Notes: generated by a model not told the origin, from the letters alone. Positions 8,904-18,735 are shown, counted from the stretch's first letter. The stretch: DNA of 64,000 nucleotides from Candidatus Moraniibacteriota bacterium (GCA_018061645.1 JAGOTT010000005.1:581-64580); one strand, 5' to 3'. Numbers and translations: made by a program.

Positions 8904-9638
8904 ATGAACGAACGACAGCAGAAAATCCTCGCGGCGGTCGTCGAACTCTACGGTGAGACGGCGATACCGGTCGGTTCCCAGTCCCTCCTCGAGCGGTTCG
9001 ATTTCGGCGTGAGCCCGGCGACCATCCGGAGCGACATGGCGACACTCGAAGACAGGGGCTATCTCTACCAGCCGCACACGAGCGCGGGACGCATCCCGAC
9101 CGACGAGGGATATCGCTATTTCGTGGAGGAAATCATGTCCGACGAGCGGCTGTCGCTTTCCGAGCAAAAAAAGCTCCAACAGGAACTGCTGGAGCTCCGC
9201 GCCAAACACGCCCGTCTCGGCCGCAGCACCGCCAAGCTCCTCTCGACGCTCTCCGGCAACCTCGCGGTCACCGGAGCAATAGGCGAGGACGAGGTCTACG
9301 ATTTCGGCATGAAGTCGCTCCTCGAGAAACAGGAGTTCCAGGAGCTCGACGAGATGTGCCGCCTCGTGGAGGCGCTCGACACGCTCGACGAACGGTTCGA
9401 TCTCATCCTCCGACAAGTTCAGGACGGAGAGACACATATCTTCATCGGCAAGGAGAACCCGATCAAGGAAATCTCCAACTGTTCGATGGTCGTTGCTCCG
9501 TATGAGAGTGCCGAGGGCAAGGGCATCCTCGCCATCATCGGACCGAAGCGGATGCGGTATGCCAAGAACAAATCCCTCCTCGAGCACATGAAGAAGCTTC
9601 TCGGTTCCTCGCTCGCGATCATTATCCTCATATCATAA
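8904..9638 (+). CDS. hrcA: heat-inducible transcription repressor HrcA
   Basis: MNERQQKILAAVVELY... winged-helix N-terminus and the HrcA C-terminal domain. The open frame upstream (from 8310) contains the promoter and CIRCE, so it is not coding. Confidence 0.9.
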   Translation: MNERQQKILAAVVELYGETAIPVGSQSLLERFDFGVSPATIRSDMATLEDRGYLYQPHTSAGRIPTDEGYRYFVEEIMSDERLSLSEQKKLQQELLELRAKHARLGRSTAKLLSTLSGNLAVTGAIGEDEVYDFGMKSLLEKQEFQELDEMCRLVEALDTLDERFDLILRQVQDGETHIFIGKENPIKEISNCSMVVAPYESAEGKGILAIIGPKRMRYAKNKSLLEHMKKLLGSSLAIIILIS

Positions 9639-9649
9639 TCGAAAAGCAT

Positions 9650-10204
9650 ATGAAAAGAGAAAAGAAGAATACAAGTGACACGGGACACGTGACAAATTGC
9701 AAGGAAGGCGCAGTCAAGAAACCGGAAACAGCTGAAAAAACTCCTGAAGAATTTGCCGCGGAGTATCTCGACGGGTGGAAGCGATGCCAGGCGGAATTCG
9801 AGAACTACAAGAAACGTCAGGCGGAGTCGCAGAAGGAGCTTGCCGGATATCTCATCGAAAAACTTCTCTTCGACATCATCCCGGTTCTCGACAACTTCCG
9901 CATGGCGACCGGGCACGTTCCGGAAGACGCGAAAGACAGCCCCTGGGTCACCGGCATCCAATACATCGAGAAGCAGCTCGAAGACGCGCTCAAGTCCCAT
10001 GGCGTCGAAGTAGTGGAAGTGAAGGAAGGAGACATGTTCGACCCAAGTATCCATGAGGCGATAAGCAGCGAAGCTGCGAATCAGGAATCAGGAATCAGGA
10101 ATCAGGAAAAAGAAGTCATCACCAAGGTGCTCCAAAATGGTTATAAGATCGGTAAACGCATAGTCCGACCTTCAAAGGTCACAGTCGGAAGTCCGAATGC
10201 ATAA
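9650..10204 (+). CDS. grpE: nucleotide exchange factor GrpE
   Basis: 184 aa; ...EFENYKKRQAESQKEL..., the GrpE coiled-coil and beta-domain. Confidence 0.9.
   Translation: MKREKKNTSDTGHVTNCKEGAVKKPETAEKTPEEFAAEYLDGWKRCQAEFENYKKRQAESQKELAGYLIEKLLFDIIPVLDNFRMATGHVPEDAKDSPWVTGIQYIEKQLEDALKSHGVEVVEVKEGDMFDPSIHEAISSEAANQESGIRNQEKEVITKVLQNGYKIGKRIVRPSKVTVGSPNA
10078..10105. repeat. (GAATCAG)x4 heptanucleotide tandem repeat inside grpE
   Basis: Perfect 4 copies encoding ANQESGIRNQEKE; the degenerate (TRATTCN)x4 tract at 10202-10229 just after the stop contains the reverse complement. Confidence 0.85.
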
Positions 10205-10282
10205 TTCCTGATTCATAATTCTTAATTCTTTTTCGAAGAAACTGCTAAATAATAATCTCGTAACCAACATAATATTAAGCTT

Positions 10283-12214
<1,932 letters not shown>

Positions 12215-12223
12215 GAATAGAGT

Positions 12224-12251
12224 AAGGGCGGAGGATTTTTCCTCCGCCCTT
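12224..12251 (+). terminator. strong hairpin after dnaK (AAGGGCGGAGGA tttt TCCTCCGCCCTT)
   Basis: 12-bp perfect stem; no long T-run after it. Sits at the boundary to the AT-rich island. Confidence 0.5.
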
Positions 12252-12295
12252 ATGGTATACTTTCGGTGCCAAGGTATAAATTAAGCATAATTATC

Positions 12296-13666
12296 ATGAA
12301 TAACCTCTTCGATTCATCCGACTTGCCATTGACTCAATTTGCATCAAGCTTTGCACAGGGATCAGTTTGGCTGGAAGAAGGAATGGATAAACAAATTGCC
12401 ACTTTTGATCTTGTGGCGAGGGAATTGCCAAAGAACAGAAATTATCTTGTGTATGGTGGGTTGGAAGAGCTTGTAGAATATGTAAAAAATCTTAAATATA
12501 CTGATGACCAGATTCAATTGCTTCTTAGTGGGAATATAATTACCGAAAAATTTGCCGAATATTTGAGGAATTTTCGTTTTTCGGGTGACATACATGCGTT
12601 TCCAGAAGGAACCGTTTTTTTCGCGGGTGAACCGATGGTTCGTATAACAGCGCCGCTCATCGAGGCGTCGCTCATTGAAATCGCCCTATTTAATATCACT
12701 GTCTCTAACGTGTTGTTCCTGTCGAAAGCGTCCAGGATACGAAGTGCCTGTAAAAACAAAGGCGTCACGCTTGGCATGCAGAGAGGACACTCCTTTGAGT
12801 CTGGAATGAAGGGTCTGCGTAGCGGATATATTTGCGGGTTGCTGACAACTGGTTGGCCGAATTTTGTACGAAAATATCATTTGCCTGAAAAAAGAGAGTA
12901 TCTGATAAGCGGGCAGCATTTTTTTATCAAATCTTTTCCTGATGAAATAACCGCTTTCAGGAAACTTGCGCAGTATTTCCCCGATAATACCGGTTTCATG
13001 GTAGATACCTACAATGTGGATCAAGGGTTATCGAACGCCATCATTGTAGGAAAAGAACTGGAGAAAGTCGGTAGCAAACTCCGTTTTGTGACAATAGATT
13101 CCGGAGATCTGGATAGTCTTTCCCGATTGGCTAGGAAAAGATTAGATGAAAACAATCTTGCAAGTGTAAAGATTCTTGCGGCTACTAATTTGAACGAAAA
13201 AAAGATAAAAAAGTTAATTGAGGAAAACGCCCCAATAGACTTCTTCATAGTTGCCACGGAGTACGTGACCGCACTAGATGCACCTAGTCTTGAAGTTGTT
13301 TACAAAATGGCTGAGATTCGTGATGGCGAAAAAATTCGCTATACTGCGAAATTAGCTCAAGGGAAAACAAGTTATCCTGGGCGAAAGCAAGTTTTTCGCG
13401 AGTTCGAGAAGGGATTAATGAAGCAGGACGTGGTTGGATTGGAGGATGAAAAGCATGGAACGCCATTGCTTCGCGAGATTGTGCGTAATGGGAATCTTGT
13501 ATCGAAGCTACCCGAACTGGATGAAATTCGTCAATATTTTGACGAGCAGCTAATGATGATCCCCGAACTGCTGCTTGATGTCGAACATGAACAAAATTAT
13601 CAGGTAGTAATAAGCGACAAAATACAAGATCTTCTTACTGAAATTAAAAACGAGCACGATATCTAG
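12296..13666 (+). CDS. nicotinate phosphoribosyltransferase family protein (PncB-like type II PRTase)
   Basis: About 456 aa; LKYTDDQIQLL, FAGEPMVRI and DTYNVDQG motifs are typical of NAPRTase/NamPRT enzymes. The ATG at 12296 is taken as the start (MNNLF...); the ORF-track start (12266) is a GTG. This gene is visibly AT-rich relative to its flanks. Confidence 0.7.
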   Translation: MNNLFDSSDLPLTQFASSFAQGSVWLEEGMDKQIATFDLVARELPKNRNYLVYGGLEELVEYVKNLKYTDDQIQLLLSGNIITEKFAEYLRNFRFSGDIHAFPEGTVFFAGEPMVRITAPLIEASLIEIALFNITVSNVLFLSKASRIRSACKNKGVTLGMQRGHSFESGMKGLRSGYICGLLTTGWPNFVRKYHLPEKREYLISGQHFFIKSFPDEITAFRKLAQYFPDNTGFMVDTYNVDQGLSNAIIVGKELEKVGSKLRFVTIDSGDLDSLSRLARKRLDENNLASVKILAATNLNEKKIKKLIEENAPIDFFIVATEYVTALDAPSLEVVYKMAEIRDGEKIRYTAKLAQGKTSYPGRKQVFREFEKGLMKQDVVGLEDEKHGTPLLREIVRNGNLVSKLPELDEIRQYFDEQLMMIPELLLDVEHEQNYQVVISDKIQDLLTEIKNEHDI

Positions 13667-13716
13667 CGTGTGTTGGTGGAATATCCATAACGGCGTTGTT
13701 ATTTTTTCGGAAAACT

Positions 13717-14490
13717 ATGAAAAACTCATTTGAAAATGGTGGATTTTTTGATAAGGAACATACAAAGCAAGGCGAGCTTTTTTTCGAAAATGATCCAGAA
13801 TTGAAGGAGAAATATAATAAATGCAAGTTTAATGTCAGTATTCTTGGTGGGAATGCATCAGTGAGTTCCCCCGAAACAGAAGAGATTGCCAGAAATATTG
13901 GATACAACCTTGTTAGGAACTGGTATTCGATACAAACTGGTGGCTATATCTTTGGAACAATGAAGGCGGCTTTGGAAGGAGGGAACGAAGCCTTATCAGA
14001 AATGAAAACTGACCCAAAAGAAAGTAAGATTTTAAACCTGTTTAATCCCGTTGTCAGAGGAATTACGGCGGAAAATTTGAAACCGATTGATTTGGCTGTA
14101 AAGGGGGAAAATATCCAGAATGAAGTCGCTGAAGGATCCTACGACCTTTATTTGAGATTAGGAAAACTAATTGAAGATAGCAACGTTTGCATTATCCTGC
14201 CAGGATCACTTGGGACTGAAACAGAAGTTATGGCTAATCTTGCATTTGGAAAGTTTAAATCTGCGTTCGGTGTATCAGTGAAGCCTGTTATTTTCGTTGG
14301 CGGTCACTTTGACAACCTTGTTAAAAGATTCATCCAAGAAAACAAAGGGAATAACAATATTTATAAAGTCGATAACGAACAGGACGCGCTTGAGTTGGTT
14401 GACTTATTAAATAAAAAATTGGAAATCAAAGAAGATGACGACACCAGTAGAGAAATTCAAGAAGCTATAGATTCCAAACTCTATGCATGA
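13717..14490 (+). CDS. LOG-family (SLOG / lysine-decarboxylase-like) Rossmann-fold nucleotide-processing protein
   Basis: SILGGNASVSS and ILPGSLGTETEV match the LOG GGxGT/PGGxGTxxE signature; AT-rich. The ORF-track start at 13696 is a TTG; the ATG at 13717 is taken as the likelier start. Confidence 0.6.
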   Translation: MKNSFENGGFFDKEHTKQGELFFENDPELKEKYNKCKFNVSILGGNASVSSPETEEIARNIGYNLVRNWYSIQTGGYIFGTMKAALEGGNEALSEMKTDPKESKILNLFNPVVRGITAENLKPIDLAVKGENIQNEVAEGSYDLYLRLGKLIEDSNVCIILPGSLGTETEVMANLAFGKFKSAFGVSVKPVIFVGGHFDNLVKRFIQENKGNNNIYKVDNEQDALELVDLLNKKLEIKEDDDTSREIQEAIDSKLYA

Positions 14491-15244
14491 CAAACCAGAA
14501 GAGTGGATACCCCTTCCCCAGGAGCCGATGCAGTATGAAGCTATCAGCGACCGATACACCGAGTTGGTGAAAACCGATCCGGGGAAAATGTTTGTGCAAT
14601 TTCCTTCTGCTTTGCAGCTTCTCGGGGATGTTTCCGGGAAGACTATCTTGGATGTCGGATGTGGAAGTGGGATGTTCGACCAGGAGCTATCCCGCAGGGG
14701 AGCAAAAGTCACCGCATACGATATTTCATCTGAACAGATCGCTCACGCCAAAGAGGCGCAGGAAAAAGAATTGTCTCATGTAGAGTATTTGGTTTCAAGC
14801 CCACAGGAATTCAAAAGCGGGAAGCTTTTCGACGAGGCGGTTTCCGTCTTGGTGTTACACTACGCACCGGATACGGAATACCTGCGTGATTTCTTTTCCT
14901 CAACCGAAAAGGTCATCAAGGAAGGCGGGCGGTTCGTGTGCATACTGACGAATCCGGAATTCAAACGGCTTGGCGAAGTAGTATGCAATCGCTGTTTCAA
15001 GAGGCTTGAGAATGGAAAGATGTCGGCAGACTTTTTCGATAAGAACAAAGAGGTGAGTTTCAGCGCGGAGTTTTCCGATTTCTCCACAGGCGATTACGAG
15101 AAAGCGGCAACCGATGCTGGTTTCTCCCGATTCGAGTGGATACCCTTGCAGGTATCGGAAGATGGATTACAGAAACTCGGTGCTGATTATTGGAAAGGAT
15201 TCGAAGAAGACTGTCTCTATGTCGGATTCATAGCGTATAAGTGA
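14483..15244 (+). CDS. class I SAM-dependent methyltransferase
   Basis: ILDVGCGSGMF motif I, then a D-I acidic motif II (TAYDIS) and a later hydrophobic motif (VLVLHY); overlaps the upstream gene by 8 nt. Confidence 0.75.
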   Translation: MHDKPEEWIPLPQEPMQYEAISDRYTELVKTDPGKMFVQFPSALQLLGDVSGKTILDVGCGSGMFDQELSRRGAKVTAYDISSEQIAHAKEAQEKELSHVEYLVSSPQEFKSGKLFDEAVSVLVLHYAPDTEYLRDFFSSTEKVIKEGGRFVCILTNPEFKRLGEVVCNRCFKRLENGKMSADFFDKNKEVSFSAEFSDFSTGDYEKAATDAGFSRFEWIPLQVSEDGLQKLGADYWKGFEEDCLYVGFIAYK

Positions 15245-15273
15245 TCAGAAAAGGGGTCAAGTATCTTTTCTGA
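15245..15273. repeat. REP-like palindromic repeat copy 1 (TCAGAAAAGGGGTCAAGTATCTTTTCTGA)
   Basis: Begins 1 nt after the methyltransferase stop codon; 9-bp perfect stem TCAGAAAAG / CTTTTCTGA. Confidence 0.6.
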
Positions 15274-15326
15274 TAAAATCATCCAAAACTCCCGATGAAA
15301 TACCAGGGCATTCATGATTCACGGAT

Positions 15327-15485
15327 ATGAAGATATACTTTGCCGGTTCGATCCGCGGCGGCCGGGATGATGCCGAAATCTATTCCGGAATCATTGAGCT
15401 GCTGAAACGATACGGGGACGTCCTCACCGAGCATGTCGGCGATCGGACGCTTTCGAGCAGAAAAGGGGTCAAGTACCTTTTTTGA
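15327..15485 (+). pseudogene. DNPH1 / nucleoside 2-deoxyribosyltransferase-like gene remnant truncated by REP copy 2
   Basis: MKIYFAGSIRGGRDDAEIYSGIIELLKRYGDVLTEHV... matches the N-terminal third of DNPH1/Rcl-family proteins; the frame ends in a TGA created inside the REP sequence. Confidence 0.5.
15458..15484. repeat. REP-like repeat copy 2 (CAGAAAAGGGGTCAAGTACCTTTTTTG)
   Basis: Same core as copy 1, forward orientation, just upstream of the RAYT gene. Confidence 0.6.
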
Positions 15486-15529
15486 AGAAAAATGATACAA
15501 TAGAGGCATAAAACAAAGCCACAAGGAAT

Positions 15530-16210
15530 ATGGCTCGCCAGCTCCGTGCTACCGCTCCTGATATCGTCTACCATGTCCTCAACCGGGCTAACGCCAGGGA
15601 AGGAATCTTTCAGAAGGAGAAGGATTATGCCGCTTTCGAGAGGATTCTTCTGGAAGCAAGGGAGAAATTCGATATGCGGATCCTCGCGTTCTGTATCATG
15701 CCGAATCATTGGCATCTCATACTGCATCCGAAGACGGCGGAATCCCTCTCGCAGTTCATGCGCTGGATCACGCATACCCATACCCAGCGCTATCACACGC
15801 ATTACCATTCCATCGGATACGGACATGTCTATCAAGGGAGATACAAATCGTTCCCAGTGCAGGATGATGACTATTTTCTCCAGGTGTGCCGATATGTGGA
15901 ACGGAATCCTATTCGCGCGGGACTGGCGGAAAAGATAGAGGACTGGCAGTGGTCAAGTTCGTCGATACGGAAGAACGGTTCACCGGAGCAAAGGAGTATC
16001 CTTTCCGAATGGCCAATCGAAAAGCCGGGTCATTATGAAAAGTGGGCGAACACGCTTTCGGAAGATGAAGAGGAAAAACTGGAAAAAATACGCCATGCTC
16101 TGAAACGGGGATCTCCGTTTGGGGAGAGCGAGTGGATGAATACAATTGCAGAAAAACTCGGGCTCGAATCGACCCTCCGAAAGAGAGGAAGACCGAAAAA
16201 AGGTACTTGA
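15530..16210 (+). CDS. REP-associated tyrosine transposase (RAYT; IS200/IS605 TnpA-like HUH enzyme)
   Basis: 226 aa; HUH motif NHWHLIL; Y-motif YGHVYQGRYKS...ERNPIRAGL. The C-terminus overlaps the inverted REP copy. Confidence 0.75.
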   Translation: MARQLRATAPDIVYHVLNRANAREGIFQKEKDYAAFERILLEAREKFDMRILAFCIMPNHWHLILHPKTAESLSQFMRWITHTHTQRYHTHYHSIGYGHVYQGRYKSFPVQDDDYFLQVCRYVERNPIRAGLAEKIEDWQWSSSSIRKNGSPEQRSILSEWPIEKPGHYEKWANTLSEDEEEKLEKIRHALKRGSPFGESEWMNTIAEKLGLESTLRKRGRPKKGT

Positions 16211-16218
16211 CCCCTTTT
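16196..16218. repeat. REP-like repeat copy 3 (inverted orientation)
   Basis: AAAAAAGGTACTTGACCCCTTTT is the reverse complement of the copy-2 core. Confidence 0.6.
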
Positions 16219-16247
16219 ATTTAGAAACGTGGTAAAAAAAACGAACT

Positions 16248-16556
16248 ATGGACAAGATATTCAAAAATCCCTATCTCAACAGCGTGTACGCCGAAGGATA
16301 TATCGTCATCGTGGCGTCGGTGATTTATTTCATCGGTGAGCCGAACACGCCTGATACCTTTTTCGATCCCATCGCCGCTCTGTCGCTTCTCGTGCTCTCC
16401 GCCGCGGTCATGGGATACCTCTTCGTGGGCGTGCCGCTCCAACTCTATCTGGACGGGGAAAAGAAGCGGTCCATCGCCTTCTTCATGCGGACCATCCTCG
16501 GCTTCACCGCACTGACCGCCGTCGCTTTCGTCATCGTATCCGTCGTACCGAGATAG
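16248..16556 (+). CDS. hypothetical small membrane protein
   Basis: 102 aa, three predicted hydrophobic helices; weak SD. Confidence 0.4.
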   Translation: MDKIFKNPYLNSVYAEGYIVIVASVIYFIGEPNTPDTFFDPIAALSLLVLSAAVMGYLFVGVPLQLYLDGEKKRSIAFFMRTILGFTALTAVAFVIVSVVPR

Positions 16557-16576
16557 CCGGAGGGAAGAGTTCTGAC

Positions 16577-16617
16577 AAAAAGAAAACAGCGAGTCATTCG
16601 ACCTCGCCGTTTTTTAT
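16577..16617. terminator. bidirectional terminator hairpin (AAAAGAAAACAGCGAGTC...CTCGCCG TTTTTT)
   Basis: Sits between convergent ORFs; member of a GCGAGTC-core hairpin family (see 17531 and 18489). Confidence 0.5.
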
Positions 16618-16627
16618 CGCTTGCGAA

Positions 16628-16797
16628 CTAGTCGTCGTCCGGAGTCGCTGGGTTGTTCAGGGCGTTTTCATACCCCTTGTTGTAGGCATCCCGCTCTTCG
16701 GCATTTCGCCAATGGAACAGATCACCTTCGTAATTACCCTTGGCGCCGTCTTTTTGCCCATCATTGTGGGCATCCTGCAGTTCCTTCTCGGTACTCA
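16628..16797 (-). CDS. hypothetical small protein (56 aa)
   Basis: MSTEKELQDAHNDGQKDGAKGNYEGDLFHWRNAEERDAYNKGYENALNNPATPDDD; AGGAGA SD 6 nt upstream; below the ORF-track cutoff. Confidence 0.35.
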
Positions 16798-16880
16798 TCG
16801 CATTCTCCTATGAAATGAACGCGATGGTATGGTAGCAAGAATTGAAATGGTGTCAAGCCAAAAAGTGGCTTCGTAGCGAG

Positions 16881-16905
16881 CAGAAGGGGATCAAGTGCCT
16901 TTTTG
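16881..16905. repeat. REP-like repeat copy 4 (diverged: CAGAAGGGGATCAAGTGCCTTTTTG)
   Basis: Same architecture with substitutions. Confidence 0.45.
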
Positions 16906-17259
16906 AGGAGAAAAAAATAGCCACCCACTCTTGTAATTCCCGTAAAGACGGGACTCCAGGAAAAGAACCACTCCACGCGGAACGGCTCTTGGCTTTCTCG
17001 GCTTGATGTTATACTTTCTTCGTAGGCGATCGAGAAAAGATTAACCACACGAATATGAACATTCATCCTCGTATCACATTCGCGATTAAAGCGCTGGCGA
17101 TCATAGCGGTTGTTTTCTTAAGTCTCTTACTGGTTTCCTTTATCGCTCTTGTAAACGGATTCATTGTCCCGTAAAACATCTTCTTGATCGACGAACCTGC
17201 GCCATACACACGGAGATGCTTTCAGTTTATCGAGTATGGTTCAATCACGTCTAGAAGAC

Positions 17260-17288
17260 TTGCAATTATTTTTAAAATATGGTATAAT
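17260..17288 (+). promoter_or_regulatory. near-consensus sigma70 promoter (TTGCAA-17 bp-TGgTATAAT)
   Basis: -35 at 17260-17265, extended -10 at 17280-17288; drives the small peptide gene. Confidence 0.6.
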
Positions 17289-17321
17289 AGAGAACGTCCC
17301 AAACAAGCTAAGGAGGCAGAT

Positions 17322-17453
17322 ATGTTCTGGAACCCGTACCTTCCCGCGACCGCTGCTGCCCTGGCCATGGTTGCCATCATGAATTCCATGGCCGTCTGGA
17401 CGGCGTTTACGATCCAGGCCGCCGCCCACCGTCTGCCGGAAAAACAGGAATAA
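17322..17453 (+). CDS. small hydrophobic peptide (43 aa)
   Basis: MFWNPYLPATAAALAMVAIMNSMAVWTAFTIQAAAHRLPEKQE; AAGGAGG SD 7 nt upstream; own promoter and terminator. Confidence 0.55.
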   Translation: MFWNPYLPATAAALAMVAIMNSMAVWTAFTIQAAAHRLPEKQE

Positions 17454-17473
17454 TAATGTTTCTTCGGCTCTAG

Positions 17474-17510
17474 CCCCGTTTCCGAACCAGGAAGCGGGGT
17501 TTTCGTTTTC
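17474..17510 (+). terminator. rho-independent terminator
   Basis: CCCCGTTTCC...GGAAGCGGGG stem (one G-U pair) followed by TTTTCGTTTT. Confidence 0.65.
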
Positions 17511-17530
17511 AGTCTTCAGGAAAAGAAAAG

Positions 17531-17566
17531 GCGGCGAGTCGTTTGACACCGCCGCTCATCTTTCGT
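17531..17566 (-). terminator. terminator hairpin for minus-strand gene 17556-17906 (GCGAGTC-core family)
   Basis: GCGGCG...CGCCGC stem; minus-sense T-run TTTTCTTTTCC. Confidence 0.45.
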
Positions 17567-17906
17567 GTTTCCGGAACGTGTAGGGGAGTTCCCGCCAACT
17601 GAACGAATCTTCGCCGAACAGCCCTTCGCGGATATGCAGCCACTCACCGACATAGCCGCGTTCACCGAAAAGCATCGAATCGGAAAACCGGAAGGTATTC
17701 CCGGGCGAAGCTATGACGCTTTTCAGCTCCACGCTCGGTTTCTCCGAACCAGCTCCCGCATACACCGCGACGACCCGGAGGTTGTCGAGGAGTTTCCCAT
17801 CATAGAAACACTCGACATCCATGCCGACCTCGAAATCATCGATACTGGTGATATGATCCATCACGGCCTCCGCTTGAAAAAGTGCTTGCGACGATGATAC
17901 CGTCAC
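17556..17906 (-). CDS. hypothetical protein
   Basis: 116-aa ORF; no recognisable family. Confidence 0.45.
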   Translation of the reverse strand: MTVSSSQALFQAEAVMDHITSIDDFEVGMDVECFYDGKLLDNLRVVAVYAGAGSEKPSVELKSVIASPGNTFRFSDSMLFGERGYVGEWLHIREGLFGEDSFSWRELPYTFRKHER

Positions 17907-17979
17907 GCGACGGCGTTGTCAATCGACAACCGATTCCGAACATGAAAAAGCGGAATCCGATGGATTCCGCCGACAACCA

Positions 17980-18384
17980 TCAGGCCCGACTCAGCTGGCG
18001 AGCATACCACTCGTGATCGGGATGCCGATCATCGATCGTCCTGCCGATCGTCGCGGCCGCTTCGCGGATACGCGCGAATGTCGCTTTCGCCGCATCCGAA
18101 TCGGTGATATGGATATGCCCATACGACCATTTCGCCCCGGTTTCCTCGATGACTTCGACGTAACCGAGCATCGATCCCGGTTCATTTCCGGCGTAGACGA
18201 GAAACCAGTGCGATTCCGCTGGCAAAGTGAACACCCCGCCATGAAGGATCCCGATCATCGCCGCAAGATCGTTCAGATCCCTGATTCCGGGAGGCTCGAC
18301 GACATCCACCAGGGCTCCATCGACGATGTCGATATTCCGCACCACATAGACGGGTTTCACGATATAGTTTCCAGATTCGGACAT
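17980..18384 (-). CDS. hypothetical protein
   Basis: 134 aa from the ATG with AAGGAGCGG SD (MSESGNYIVKP...); ORF-track start 18441 is probably too early. Confidence 0.5.
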   Translation of the reverse strand: MSESGNYIVKPVYVVRNIDIVDGALVDVVEPPGIRDLNDLAAMIGILHGGVFTLPAESHWFLVYAGNEPGSMLGYVEVIEETGAKWSYGHIHITDSDAAKATFARIREAAATIGRTIDDRHPDHEWYARQLSRA

Positions 18385-18488
18385 GATCCGCTCCTTACGA
18401 TTAGGATGGTAAAGGACACGCTGGTTTTGTACTATGAGCACGGCCTCCCGTCAAGGCGACATCCATTTCCTGCTTCCAAAAAAAGAAA

Positions 18489-18520
18489 GCGGCGAGTCAT
18501 CGGACTCGCCGTCTTTTTGA
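18489..18520. terminator. bidirectional terminator hairpin GGCGAGTC atcg GACTCGCC with T-runs on both sides
   Basis: Perfect 8-bp stem; downstream of minus gene 18736-19167. Confidence 0.55.
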
Positions 18521-18735
18521 TGCGTATTCGTCGTCGATTGCAGACCGAGCGGCCTGCGCGGAACCGGACGGGAAGTCCGTCGCGCATGCGGGCCGGGCGT
18601 CTTCGTACGATATCGACAGTACCGCGAGCCGATTCCGGGAAGACAAAAAGGTTAAGGGGAAACGTTCCGATCCGCCTCCGGACGGCGGCATCGGTTTACG
18701 TCAGAAAATATCACGGAGGAAACGACCGGATGGAA

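Larger units (their letters stand above)
15458..16218 (+). mobile_element. REP-RAYT-REP unit (REP-associated tyrosine transposase flanked by inverted REP copies)
   Basis: Copy 2 (forward) and copy 3 (16196-16218, inverted) bracket a HUH/Y1 transposase gene. Confidence 0.6.

Noticed and set aside
8035-9045. 336-aa minus-strand ORF overlapping the Cys-rich array and hrcA start
   Set aside because: Extremely Arg-rich and no SD. Plus-strand genes have strong SDs, a terminator and the CIRCE/promoter consistent with plus-strand transcription.
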